This document shows, piece by piece, positions 30,493 to 43,458 of a stretch of 64,000 nucleotides of DNA. Numbering within the stretch: the first letter of the stretch is position 1; each line of letters opens with the position of its first letter. The DNA is taken from NCBI GenBank assembly GCA_951406725.2, contig OX597818.1:54498001-54562000 (forward strand), in the 5' to 3' direction. The translations under genes and the position numbers were made by a program. The notes below the pieces were generated by a model. That model saw only the letters and a program-made list of their open reading frames with translations. It had not been told where the DNA came from and did not search any database. Source of the stretch: Octopus vulgaris (Eukaryota).

Positions 30493-30889
30493 CTAGTTTC
30501 AGCTCAGAGCTGCCGCCATTATATATATATAATCGTACACACACGCACGCACACATACACTCACTCACACACACACACACACACCTATGTATATAGGTGT
30601 GTGTATGTATGTTCTGTATGTCAGTGACGAAGAGTGACTAGGAAACTAGGGCATGCAGCTGCCCCTTCCACTGAGGTTGGTGGGGAATTGTCGAGCGTTC
30701 CACCTTCCAGCGATTTCATCCATTTGGGGCTATTCAAGCCGTCGACTATGAGGAAAGAAAAGTGGAAATTCTTTTTAAAGTATGGAAGAAAAACTCGACA
30801 TTCACGAACTCTTGAAGCTGACTGAGGCAGTACCAAATAAAGTGAATGTGTATAACAAGGTACAACTTCTGAGAAAATGTGTTCTTATA

Positions 30890-31212
30890 AAGACTCCGCC
30901 GGTTACGACGACGAGGGTCCCAGCTGATACGATCAACGGAACAGCTTGCTCGTGAAATTAACGTGCAAATGGCTGAGCATTCCACAGACACGTGTACCCT
31001 TAACGTAGTTCTCGGGGATAATCAGCGTTACACAGAGAGTGACAAGGCTGACCCTTTGAAATACAAGTACAACTCATTTTTGCCAGCTGAGTGGACTGGA
31101 GCAACGTGAAATAAAGTGTCTTGCTCAAGGACACAACGCGTCGCTGGGAATCGAACTCACAACCTTACGATCATGAGCCGAATGCCCTAACCACTCAGCC
31201 ACGCGCCCTCAC
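30890..31212 (-). mobile_element. tRNA-derived SINE with 12-bp TSD
   Basis: Head GGGCGCGTGGCTGAGTGGTTAGG...GAGTTCGATTCC; TGTGTTCTTATA at 30878-30889 and 31213-31224. Confidence 0.85.
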
Positions 31213-31315
31213 TGTGTTCTTATACTGACAAACTAACAGACATGGGAAACAGAAAAAAATTTGTTTAGAATGGGTCATCTCGTTATTTACTCAGACTATT
31301 CATAATACTTTCAAT

Positions 31316-32467
31316 AGGCGGCGAGCTGGCAGAAACGTTAGCACGCCGGGCGAAATACCTAGCCATATTTCGTCTGACGTCACGTTCTGGGTTCAAATTC
31401 CCCCTAGGTCGACTACGCCTTTCATCCTTTCGGGGTCGATAAATTAAGTACCAGTTACGCACTGGGGTCGATGTAATCGACTTAATCCTTTTGTCTGTCC
31501 TCGTTTGTCCCCTCTGTGTTTAGCCACTTGTGGGTAGTAAAGAAATAGGTATTTCGTCTGCCATTGCGTTCTGGGTTCAAATTCCGCCAAGGTCGACTAC
31601 GCCTTTCATCCTTTCGGGGTCGATAAATTAAGTACCAGTTACGCACTGGGGTCGATGTAATCGACTTAATCCCTTTGTGTGTCCTCGTTTGTCCCCTCTG
31701 TGTTTAGCCCCTTGTGGGTAGTAAAGAAATAGGTATTTCGTCTGTCGTTACGTTCTGGGTTCAAATTCCGCCGAGGTCGAATTTGCCTTTCATCCTTTCG
31801 GGGTCGATAAATTAAGTACCAGTTACGCACTGGGGTCGATGTAATCGACTTAATCCTTTTGTCTGTCCTCGTTTGTCCCCTCTGTGTTTAGCCCCTTGTG
31901 AGTTGTAAAGAAATAGGTATTTCGTCTGCCATTACGTTCTGGGTTCAAATTCCGCCGAGGTCGAATTTGCCTTTCATCCTTTCGGGGTCGATAAATTAAG
32001 TACCAGTTACGCACTGGGGTCAATGTAATTGACTTAATACCTATGTCTGTCCATGTTTGTCCCCTCTGTGTTTAGCCTCTTGTGGGTAGTAAAGAAATAG
32101 GTATTTCGTCTGCCATTGCGTTCTGGGTTCAAATTCCGCCAAGGTCGACTACGCTTTTCATCCTTTCGGGGTCGATTAAATAAGCACCAGTTACGCACTG
32201 GGGTCGATGTAATCGACTTAATCCCTTTGTCTGTTCTCGTTTGTCCCCTCTGTGTTTAGCCCCTTGTGGGTAGTAAAGAAATAGGTATTTCGTCTGCCAT
32301 TACGTTCTGGGTTCAAATTCCGCCGAAGTCGACTTCGCCTTTCATCCTTTCGGGGTCGATTAAATAAGTACCAGTTACGCACTGGGGTCGATGTAATCGA
32401 CTTAGTCCGTTTGTCTGTCTTTGTTTGTCCCCTCTGTGTTTAGCCCGTTGTGGGTAGTAAAGAAATA
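31316..32467 (+). mobile_element. SINE multimer: one head plus six tandem 184-bp units, with 19-bp TSD
   Basis: TATTTCGTCTG at 31366, 31550, 31734, 31918, 32102 and 32286; TATTCATAATACTTTCAAT at 31297-31315 and 32468-32486; monomer at 45345-45578. Confidence 0.92.
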
Positions 32468-32834
32468 TATTCATAATACTTTCAATCAAAATAACGATGA
32501 CATTCTTTGCTGTCCGCTTCGGTTTTGATTTTCAGCTTAAACTTTGATTTCTTTTTTCCGAGAATGCTAATATTCTTCTTACCTGTTTCAAAGGTGGGGA
32601 AAGCAGAGAGAAAACTGAACTAACTGACCCTTTTGCCATCCTGGGGGCGATTGAAAGCATGAGAAATTCTACTATGTCATAATCTTTTTAAATGAATCGA
32701 AGCTAATAGATAATTTATGCGGTAATTTACTTTTTTACGTAATCTTTCTTAAATAACTTTAAATATCTAAAATTAAATTTAAAAGCATTGGCATGAACGA
32801 ATGGATAACTTTACTTTTTAGACACACACACCCA

Positions 32835-32872
<38 letters not shown>

Positions 32873-33069
32873 TATTGCCGGTTTCTTCTTTTGGCTCTAT
32901 GTGTGAAGTAGTCAAGAAAACTCTGGAGGTCCCATGACTTAATTCAGGTATTACGAAAGGATAAAAAATACTATCGAACCAAGAGTCTAACTACGGTCTG
33001 TCCGCATCTCTTACTTAACATTACCTGCCACTCTTTGGGTCTTCTATATAACAATACCTCTCATATATA

Positions 33070-34366
33070 CAGAGTGTCCCCAGAGCCACTGTACACTGTC
33101 TTCTTTCTATTTCATTTCAGGTATCATTCGGGGAGACGTGAGGCCATCAGCATTTGACACCTTAGACTTAGCAGTTTTTGTAGGTGTATCATTCCCTCAC
33201 CCCTAGCATACCATGCCACCTGCTTCGGAGAGTGTCATTCATGTTGGAGAATTTCGGCAGGTTTTGATTTTATCCAAATTTGACAATTGTATTGGTTTAC
33301 CCAATCAGGGAGATGAAAGATAGATTCATCGCTGAATCCTGTTTTCCAAGAAGTGAAAGTTGTTTTGGTAATGGTCGAAGAGTGATTCACACATTTCCAC
33401 ATGAGCATCATGATCTTCCACTTGAAGCCTTTGAACAACATAGAGTCGGTACATGTAGAGCTTTATCAATCTCCGAAGCATCCGCTGGATCAAGCTTTTG
33501 TTGATGGTAAGTTCCAGGGAAATTCTCTGGATGGACTTCCTCTGGCTTTTAACGAACGCCTGCTTCAGGAGTTCGGTGTTTTCGTCATCATCATCATTGT
33601 TCGACCGTGGAATTTACTATGCTACGCCAGACTTCACGGTCCATCATAGCATTACGGAGGTCCTGTTGCTGGATGCCTATATCCCTGGAGATTACATCAG
33701 GGTAGGAGAGTGTGCGCCCTCTGGTATCGCGAGTAGATGGCTTCCAGAGGAGAAGAGTAGAAATTGCCTCGTTTTCAGCTCTACAACAATGTCCAGCAAA
33801 CTGGACTCTCCTACCTTTCACAAGAGATGAGACAGGTGGTAATTTCCCATGTATTTGTACTTTGGTTGGATGACGCTTCCACCAGAGATTTTGAGCTCTC
33901 ATAAGGAGGCGAGTGTAAGTTCCATCCAACTGCCTCTCAAACTTCTTTGATAACGTCCAGGTTTCTGAGCCATATAGTAGAATTGGTTCGACTGTGGCTT
34001 TGAAGATTTTAAGTTTGAAATCTCTTAGTGGTGGTAGTAGCAAGCCTTCCACTGCGTAGCGTGTCAAGAACAGATCCTCTTTCGAGAATGGACAGCATAC
34101 ATTGCGCTACGCGTTGGAGCAAAGTGATGGCCATAAACTTTCTCAAACGTGTGATGAACTGCAGTAGGGGACTGAAAAACTTCTTCCCAGGCGGCAATTT
34201 TGCAACGCTGCACTAACGTCAATTGACGAGTCATGGGCAAGGAAATGATACGCTTACAAAAAATGCTAAGTCTAATGTGTCAAATACTAATGGCCTCAAG
34301 TCACTCCGAATGATGCCTGAAACGAAATAGAAATAAGAAATTATATAGTGATATTTGTTACACCCC

Positions 34367-34367
<1 letters not shown>
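33070..34367 (-). mobile_element. Tc1/mariner element with ~135-bp imperfect TIRs and an internally deleted transposase
   Basis: TA on both sides; TIRs at 33070-33205 and 34232-34367; remnants GSVLDTLRSGR, DENTELLKQAF and FSDESIFHL...NQYNCQIW. Confidence 0.8.
33585..34027 (-). mobile_element. RTE-like LINE 3' fragment nested in the mariner element
   Basis: LKIFKATVEPILLYGSETW..., QFAGHC.R, DREVWR; (GAT)n tail. It interrupts the transposase between ATTT and DENT. Confidence 0.85.
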
Positions 34368-34419
<52 letters not shown>

Positions 34420-34425
<6 letters not shown>

Positions 34426-34830
34426 TAAACAGTAAAAATAATAACAGACATGGACAAGAACATGAAACGCCACAGAGACGACACAAGAACCACAGGACGG
34501 GATATTCGAAGCCCTCAGTCATCAGTCAAGAACCAGATCATCTTAGCAATTTCGGCTGATTAATCTTGAGATTGCTCCGATATGGGCAGCCCGCCAAGGG
34601 AAATCTAAGCCAAGTGCATTAGATCCCCTGGAAGAAAGCTTCGAATGTATACAACACGAGGACGGAAAACGAACGAAGTACACGAACAAAAATACAGAAT
34701 ACGTGACAACAATAAGAATACAAAAACGTAAAAACAATAACGGTAAAATAAAGTATAAAAAATAAACAACAAAACAAAACCAGGACGTAGGACAAGGGTC
34801 TTTCGACAGGAACAGTCTGATCTATATGCT
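34420..34830. repeat. Unclassified interspersed repeat (related segments at about 30270-30440 and 61735-62160)
   Basis: Shared blocks such as TTCGAA...CAGTCAAG.ACCAG.T.ATC, GCATTAGAT, and GTCTTTCG.C.G.AA..G. Abuts (AT)n; family not recognised. Confidence 0.4.
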
Positions 34831-35736
34831 GTGAGTCAATGAGCAGGCAGAAACAAAATGCAACTGAACGAGGGAAAATTTGAGCTGATGCATTTTGGAA
34901 GAAATTCCTCACTAAAACAGCCGTACTCTCTTCCTTCAGGGGAACCGCTCACAGCCTCTAACACTATCAGAGACCTGGGTGTAATTGTTGATGACGATCT
35001 CAGTTGGAGTGCACACATCAACAAGAAGGTCGATATAGCTCGTAGGATGAGTTCCTGGATCTTAAGAACTTTCCGGTCCAGAGAACAAGGTGTCATCATA
35101 CCACTTTTCTCCTCCTTTGTACGGCCACACCTCGAATAATGCTGCCCACTGTGGTCTCCCCATACAAGACAAAACATCTCGAGGATTGAATCACCCCAGA
35201 GGGCACACACTAAACGAATTGAAGGCATGGCTGCTCTCGATTATTGGGATCGCCTTAAAGCCTTGAAACTCTACTCTCTCCAGCGTCGCCGTAAGCGGTA
35301 CATCATTTGTACGATGTGGAGAATATACCACCAACTTTGCCCAAACGACCTGAACATTAGCTTCAAGGTTCATCCAAGACTGGGACCACGGGACATACGT
35401 CCCCTGCCCAATTCAAGATCACAGCATACATGTATACTGCAACATAATTTCCTTTCCTCAACAGGCCCTGCCCTATTTAACATTGTCCCGAAAGAGATCA
35501 AAGAGGAAAAGGATCCCATCAACTTTAAACGGAGTCTGGATAGATTCCTTCAAAGAATACCAGATAAGCCACCCATAATTGGATACAACTCACCCAACAA
35601 AAACTCACTACTTGAATGGACCATAAACAAAACTTGACTTAAACAGGATTCAAATAATCCTATCAGGTGGTGCTATTAAGTTAGACATGGCCTGGACCAA
35701 TCTTTGGTCGAAACATATCTAAGTTTATCTAAGTTT

Positions 35737-35737
<1 letters not shown>
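34830..35737 (+). mobile_element. CR1/L2-group LINE 3' fragment
   Basis: MQLNEGKFELMHFG, IRDLGV..DDDLSW, FVRPHLE*..P.WSP, YWDRLKALKLYSLQRRR; tail (CTAAGTTTAT)2. Confidence 0.85.
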
Positions 35738-35812
<75 letters not shown>

Positions 35813-35920
35813 TCGGGGTGAGTACTTGATAATTATAAGCACCTGTGTATACCGTTTGGTGGTGTAGGTGGTGGAGTAAATTGATCAAAATAAAAATAAA
35901 AACATGAGGCAAAGGATTCA

Positions 35921-35998
35921 GCGGTACATATGTTTCGGGCCTTTATTAGACAGATTTATAACAAAGCATAATGTGTGTCTGTGGCCTTCTTCAGCCGC
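35921..35998 (-). ncRNA. Type I hammerhead ribozyme (inverted-arm copy)
   Basis: Reverse complement of 40814-40891. Confidence 0.8.
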
Positions 35999-37101
35999 GC
36001 ACAACAGCTTCCACAAGGACATGTGTTACATCAAAAATTCTTGGTTGGGGATGCAAATCCTCTCGTTCACGTACGACATAATGCGGCAGCAGCATAGAAT
36101 TGAAGCGTCCATCTCTTTCTTCTCTCAATGTAGAATGAGGAAACTTGGATGTTGAGGTAATGTAAATAAATAAATACGTATATAGAGGTGAAGATGGAGG
36201 GGCGAGAGTTCGGGACGAGGGATAAAAAATATGTATAAAAAATGTACGTATAGAATAATATAAAAATGTAGAGGATAAAGATATAAAGAGTTGTAAGATG
36301 TAAAGGGGGTATAAAGAAATATAAAGAAATATAAATAAATGTAAAGGCATAAGGTTGTAAAGTAAAAATAGAAATGGAAATAATAGTAAAAGAAGTAAAA
36401 GAACCTGATAAAAACATGATAAAAGTGTAAAAGAATGTAAAGATAAGGGATGTATAGAGGTCGCGGACCAAGCATGGTGGTCAGGAGATTGATAAAACTT
36501 AGTTGTAGAACTGTCAGTAAATTAACAGTTTCGTCGTAAATCAGAGCTGATGAGAATTTAATCTGGTTCCTTGAATTAAATGGACTTCCAGTACATACAT
36601 ATCATCATGGATACATACACCCACATACACGCGTACATATACGTCTCCAAGCCTATAAGCATACATACGCACTCGCGTGTAGACACGTACATAAACACAC
36701 ACGCACCCACACGCACGCGCGCACACACACATATATACATACAACAGAATATCCGCATATATAGACGGACATTACGCGCGTACACGCTCACATGTATATA
36801 CGCGCGCCCCTCACTACATACACACACGTATATGCCCACGCCTCTAGGTCTAGGTATAAGATATTAAAGGATGTGTATAAGAACGTATGTAAAGAATCCC
36901 GTACTCATGTTAATACGCGCACGCACACACGGCTGTGTGTCCGTATGTGCGTGCACATATACACTCATATACACACACAGAGACACACGCGCACATGGGT
37001 ATAGCCATAAGATATCGAAGTATGCATGTACATATACGCGCGTGCACATGTATGTATGCGCATACACACGTACGCGGACGCTCGCATACTCAAAAGGCGG
37101 A

Positions 37102-39165
37102 AAAGTATAAAACTACTTCTACGGATAACCTTAAGGAAATTAATTACAAAATCAAGGAAGTTATGAGCAAATTAGACCTCCTGGACAGAACAGAACCTAT
37201 TAAACCGCAAGTACCCAAAATTACTATTAAAGACCATAAGAAAGACTTCCCAGATAGTGTAGGAGTACGATTAATCTGTCCGACTAAATCGGATATCGGC
37301 AGACTTAGCAAGACCATCCTGGACAAGGTGATCCCACACATCAAACCCCACATCCCACTCCAACTATGGATTAATACCAGCGATGTGCTAGAATGGTTTA
37401 ACACTATCACCAATAGGCCCGACTACTCATTCATCCAATTCGACATAGCTAGCTACTACGCCAGTATATCCCCCATCTTACTTAACAAATCCCTTATTTT
37501 TGCCCGCAACCTTTCACTCATAGACAGAGAAAAAATTGACATAATTCTATTAGCTAGAAAAACCATAATAGAATTCGACGGTAGACTCTGGACCAGATCC
37601 GATACCCCCGACAATTTCGATGTGGCTATGGGCTCGAGCGATTCAGCTCAGGTGACTGACTTGGTCGGGGCCTACCTGCTCAAGAAGCTTTTCTCCGAGG
37701 TACCGGATCTTCAGGGGGTCTATACAGAGACGACGCTCTCTTCATATACCCCACCAACAACAGGAGTAAGCTAGAAAGAACTAGGAAAAAGATCAGGCTT
37801 TTTTTCAAATCCTTCAATCTTAAACTAGAATTTATGACCAATACTAAAATAGTTAACTTCTTAGATGTTACGTTAGATTTGAATAAGCACCTTCACTACC
37901 CGTATAGGAAACCAGAAGAAACTACCAAATACATCCATACCTCTTCCAACCATCCACCCTGTATAATTAGCACCACAGTCCAAGCCATCTCAGACAGACT
38001 GACAAAACTATCCTCTAATAGAGAAATTTTCAATAATCATGCTCAACACTACAACCAGGCTCTCTATAGTGCCGGGTATAACCAGAGAATATCATATGTA
38101 GACCAACCGGGAGCGTCCGTCGACCATAAGACTCCCAATTATAATCGAACTCAGCACTCAACTCACACTACCGATAAGTCTAATTCAAACTCCAAACAAC
38201 GTATAGGAAATAGGCGAACTAATAGAACAGCACACAATAATAACCCTCCCGACGAGAGCAATATAGATCCTATTAGGAGAAATAGAAGGGATAATAGTAG
38301 ATTACGCAAATATATATGGTTCAACATACCTTTCAACTTAGCAGTTAGGGGTAAGTTATGTAAGAGAATATTCTCTATAATTTCCAACAACTTCCCACCC
38401 ACCCACAAATATAGAAGTATCTTCTCCAACAAAACTATTAGGATTTCCTACTCTACCCTGCCCAACATGAGCTGCCTCTTAGCTAAACACAACTATATTA
38501 ATATTAGAACAGCTAGATCAAGAGCAAACCATAGCGACCAACAGAACCCCCCTCATCTAGACAGTAGGCAATATAACCAGACTGGCAGCCATACTACCCA
38601 AGCAGTTAGTAATAACACCCGCCAACACAACAGAGGAAATACTACACCCATCAACAACCAGGAGGATACCAACGCCCCCACTCGTATTGCAACACCTCCG
38701 CCTGGGATTAGCAGCACACGACCGAATAATGCAATGCAATGCAACTGCAGATGTGCATCAGAGTGCCCGCTGCAGGGCGCATGCAGGGCGAAAAACGTAA
38801 TATACTCATGTGAGGTGAGTACTCAGTTTAACACACTCACCTATATTGGTTGCTCAACCTCCTGGAAATCCAGATACTACAACCACCGGTCCTCGCTGAG
38901 ACATAGACATAAGGCTAACAGCACCTCCCTCTCTAAAAGAATTTGGGAATTAAAAGACAAATGCATAGGCTTCAAACTCAGATGGTCCATCATCGGATCA
39001 GCTGCACCTTATTTAAATAATAGAGCAGGATGCCAACTATGCTGTGTAGAACTCCTGAACATCTTGAAATTCAAAGACAAACACAATCTTATTAACAAAA
39101 GGTCAGAGTTCAAACCATCCTGTATACATAAACTTATTAATACTTTCAAATACTACAATGCTTAG
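37102..39165 (+). pseudogene. PLE RT-GIY-YIG ORF with one frameshift at the G-run 37714-37718
   Basis: Adding one G joins ORF 36935-37774 to the YRDD frame that continues into ORF 37834-39165. Confidence 0.85.
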
Positions 39166-40813
39166 GTCTTATACCAACTCCCCCATGCTATTTCCTCCCA
39201 CCCGGTGCAACCTGTCGGCTCCAGCACATCCCGCTTTCCTATGTGTGCGTGTGTATGTGTGTGTGTGTGTGTGTGTGCGTGTGTATGTGCACATACGTGT
39301 ACGTATGTGTACATATACATATATATATATATGTGTGCCACCTCCATCTCATGTTAAACTTTACAAAATTATATTTTTACCCTATATTTTTACCTTATTT
39401 TTTTATTTTTTTACTTTATTTTATTTTATTTTTATTTTTATTTTTATTTTTATCTTTATCCTACTTCCATTTATTTTTATTTTTAATTTTATTTTTACTT
39501 TTATTCTACTTCCATTTACTCTCATTTTCATTTTCATCCCTTACCTTAACTCTTATAACCCTTATAATTCTTATATTTCATTTCTAACTATTACATTGTA
39601 TTTCTTATTTTATACTGTATTTTTTATTTCTAATCTTTACCCTTACCCTCATTCTTACCCCTAATTTATCGCTTTACACCTCTATATATGTTTATTTACT
39701 TACCTATGGATCCGCCTTTTGAGTATGCGAGCGTCCGCGTACGTGTGTATGCGCATACATACATGTGCACGCGCGTATATGTACATGCATACTTCGATAT
39801 CTTATGGCTATACCCATGTGCGCGTGTGTCTCTGTGTGTGTATATGAGTGTATATGTGCACGCACATACGGACACACAGCCGTGTGTGCGTGCGCGTATT
39901 AACATGAGTACGGGATTCTTTACATACGTTCTTATACACATCCTTTAATATCTTATACCTAGACCTAGAGGCGTGGGCATATACGTGTGTGTATGTAGTG
40001 AGGGGCGCGCGTATATACATGTGAGCGTGTACGCGCGTAATGTCCGTCTATATATGCGGATATTCTGTTGTATGTATATATGTGTGTGTGCGCGCGTGCG
40101 TGTGGGTGCGTGTGTGTTTATGTACGTGTCTACACGCGAGTGCGTATGTATGCTTATAGGCTTGGAGACGTATATGTACGCGTGTATGTGGGTGTATGTA
40201 TCCATGATGATATGTATGTACTGGAAGTCCATTTAATTCAAGGAACCAGATTAAATTCTCATCAGCTCTGATTTACGACGAAACTGTTAATTTACTGACA
40301 GTTCTACAACTAAGTTTTATCAATCTCCTGACCACCATGCTTGGTCCGCGACCTCTATACATCCCTTATCTTTACATTCTTTTACACTTTTATCATGTTT
40401 TTATCAGGTTCTTTTACTTCTTTTACTATTATTTCCATTTCTATTTTTACTTTACAACCTTATGCCTTTACATTTATTTATATTTCTTTATATTTCTTTA
40501 TACCCCCTTTACATCTTACAACTCTTTATATCTTTATCCTCTACATTTTTATATTATTCTATACGTACATTTTTTATACATATTTTTTATCCCTCGTCCC
40601 GAACTCTCGCCCCTCCATCTTCACCTCTATATACGTATTTATTTATTTACATTACCTCAACATCCAAGTTTCCTCATTCTACATTGAGAGAAGAAAGAGA
40701 TGGACGCTTCAATTCTATGCTGCTGCCGCATTATGTCGTACGTGAACGAGAGGATTTGCATCCCCAACCAAGAATTTTTGATGTAACACATGTCCTTGTG
40801 GAAGCTGTTGTGC

Positions 40814-40891
40814 GCGGCTGAAGAAGGCCACAGACACACATTATGCTTTGTTATAAATCTGTCTAATAAAGGCCCGAAACATATGTACCGC
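40814..40891 (+). ncRNA. Type I hammerhead ribozyme at the PLE 3' end
   Basis: GCGG-CTGAAGA-aGGCC-(long loop with ACAGA/TCTGT)-GGCCc-GAAAC-ATAT-GTA-CCGC: stem I, intact core, palindromic stem III ACATATGT, GUA site at 40885-40887. Confidence 0.85.
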
Positions 40892-40977
40892 TGAATCCTT
40901 TGCCTCATGTTTTTATTTTTATTTTGATCAATTTATATATATATATATATATATATACATATATATATGTGTATATA

Positions 40978-41029
<52 letters not shown>

Positions 41030-41177
41030 ATTTAGAGACAAACCACTATTTAGTTTGTCTCTAAATTCTATATATACATATAATATATTGTAAAATTTTG
41101 ATTTTCGTGCTAAATTGAATTTTTTCCCTGTTGGCTTGGAATCATTATATTCTCTAACTATTAATAATATATATATA

Positions 41178-41667
41178 TTTCTTTTTTCTCTAGTTTCAGC
41201 TCAGAGCTGCGGCCATGCTGATGCACCGCCGTTTTGTGCTACACTGTTATTGCGAAGAACCTCGTCTAATATGTGGCACTTGGTGAAGAATGGAGTTTGA
41301 TATAGATACTCTCATTTGCACCTCTTGCCGTGAGGTAGGTTCATCTGGGACTCTTGACAGGAAGATGTCCAGCTTTGATTTAAAAACCGCTACATCTACT
41401 TTGTGCAAGTTCCTCAGACTCTTTGGGAGAATATTAAAAAGCTGTGGGCCCTTGAAACCCAGGCTGTTGCAGAAGCTGGTCCTGAAGCGTGATGGCATTG
41501 CTGGGATCTTTGGCACTATGCAATGTCGTCCCGTTCTAGCATTGGTGTAGCTTACAATGCCAAAATTTGGCACAATTTCTTCCAGGATCTTCCAGACATA
41601 TATTACTGCATACCTCTCCTGTCTTCTCTCCAGGGAGTAGAGTCTTAGCTGTTTCAACCTTTCCCAG

Positions 41668-41668
<1 letters not shown>
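41178..41668 (-). mobile_element. CR1/L2-group LINE 3' fragment
   Basis: YWERLKQLRLYSLERRQERY..YVWKIL...GPQLFNILP...FKSKLDIFLSRVPDEP; tail GGCGGTGCATCAGCATGGCCGCAGCTCTGAGCTGAAAC. Confidence 0.85.
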
Positions 41669-41699
<31 letters not shown>

Positions 41700-42025
41700 T
41701 GTATGTATGTATGTATGTATGTATGTATGTATGTATGTATGTATGTATGTATGTATGTATACACCTACATATTCATCCATCTTCTCTGCTCACATTTCCT
41801 GGGAGGTGCGAGAGTGTAGGGTCCTCGGGCACCTCCTCCATAGGGACCTATAAGAAGCAACTGTTACTAGATTTTCCGCCTGATTTGCCAAGCATGACCA
41901 ACTGAGACTTCGGATATTATCTAGCAATCTCGTTCTTCGTCTCTTCCTGGGTCTCCTGCCGATTGGTTTCGATTGATTCCGACTTACCATTCTGTCTTAC
42001 GACATTCTAATATTACTGGAACTGT

Positions 42026-42239
42026 AAGGCGACGAGCTGGCAGAAACGTTAGCACGTTGGGTGAAATGCTTAGCAGTATTTCGTTTGTCTTTACGTTCTG
42101 AGTTCAAATTCCGTCGAAGTCGACCTTGCCTTTCATCCTTTCGGGGTCGATAAATTAAGTACCAGTTGCACACTGGGATCGATCTAATCGACCGGCCCCC
42201 TCCCCCAAAATTTCAGGCCTTGTGCCTAGAGTAGAAAAG
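42026..42239 (+). mobile_element. SINE (same head and core as 45345, different tail) with 17-bp TSD
   Basis: AATATTACTGGAACTGT at 42009-42025 and 42240-42256; core GCCTTTCATCCTTTCGGGGTCGATAAATTAAGTACCAG. Confidence 0.85.
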
Positions 42240-43018
42240 AATATTACTGGAACTGTGACCTCTCAGTTCGTCTTGACCTGAAGAGACTCCCTAATCTCCG
42301 AGTTACGCACCCTGCCGAGTAACGTTACTGCAGAGAACCTTCGCAGTATAGCCATTTAGGCCACATGTATTCAAGATCGTACTCTTTCAGTCATTGGCCA
42401 ACATTTGTGACAAGAGATGAGGATAGGCACCAAAACTGAATTGAAGATAGCGATTTAGGTCACCCACCCAATCTCTTCTCTTCCAAGGACCGAAAACAAG
42501 ATGGAGCATTGCTGTGTCATCACCTACAACGCCAGCATCCTATTCAGCATCCTGCTTTTCATCATTTGTGAATGCGGCCCCGAGATCCTTAAACCTATCC
42601 AGATTTGTCTGGTTTTCTCCCAACATGTTGAGTACACTGGGAAGAGCTTCTTGAGACGACGTCTCAATCTTCGTAACATTAATTCATATCCCTGCCTTGT
42701 GGTACTCGGCAGGGAATAAAAACTAGAGCCCAACTTCTCATTTTGGATTGACTATCATCCTCTAGAGAGCCCTTATTACTTTTGAGCGCTTTATTTGCTT
42801 CTGTCATTTTAGCCTCCCTGTGGTTAGTCTTCGCCCTTAAGTGCCCCACGCTTCTATCAGATTTTATTGTGGTTGGATTTAGGAAATAAGCAAAGCATTC
42901 TCCCAATAATGCTCTCCTTTGTAAGCCGAATTCTTTATAGCAGGTGTGGGAGCGGGCTTCTTGTCACAAAGTCGATGGGGTTGTCTGTCTAGGTGTGGAG
43001 GCGGACCTCTTATATAAA

Positions 43019-43305
<287 letters not shown>

Positions 43306-43336
43306 CACGAAATCGATGGGTGGTCTGTCTGTCTGT

Positions 43337-43410
43337 TCTACTACTACTACTACTACGGCTTTAGCTGTTGTTATGCCTACTGTTACTGCTGCCGTTGCTG
43401 ATTCTGTTGT

Positions 43411-43458
<48 letters not shown>

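Larger units (their letters stand above)
35807..40935 (+). mobile_element. Penelope-like element (tentatively Nematis-like), 5'-truncated, with 1225-bp inverted arms 35877-37101 / 39711-40935
   Basis: RT motifs KITIKDHK, RLICPTKS, QFDIASYY, FDVAMGS, YRDD (37723-37734), VNFLDVT, YIHTSSNHP; endonuclease CNCR..CPLQGAC..NVIY..YIG..RYYNH..CQLC..E. Mirror ORFs have coordinates summing to 76812. (AT)n on both sides. Confidence 0.92.

Noticed and set aside
31316-32467. Retrozyme (hammerhead tandem array) or CRISPR
   Set aside because: I found no CUGANGA/GAAA core in the 184-bp unit, and the units are whole SINE bodies without unique spacers.
37714-37718. Programmed ribosomal frameshift in the PLE RT
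   Set aside because: It falls mid-RT just before YRDD in a G homopolymer; a mutation or long-read error is more likely.
41780-43010. Moderate-GC segment with short ORFs (41790-41990, 42524-42733, 42679-42906)
   Set aside because: No recognisable motif; it may be decayed mobile DNA, but I cannot support a call.
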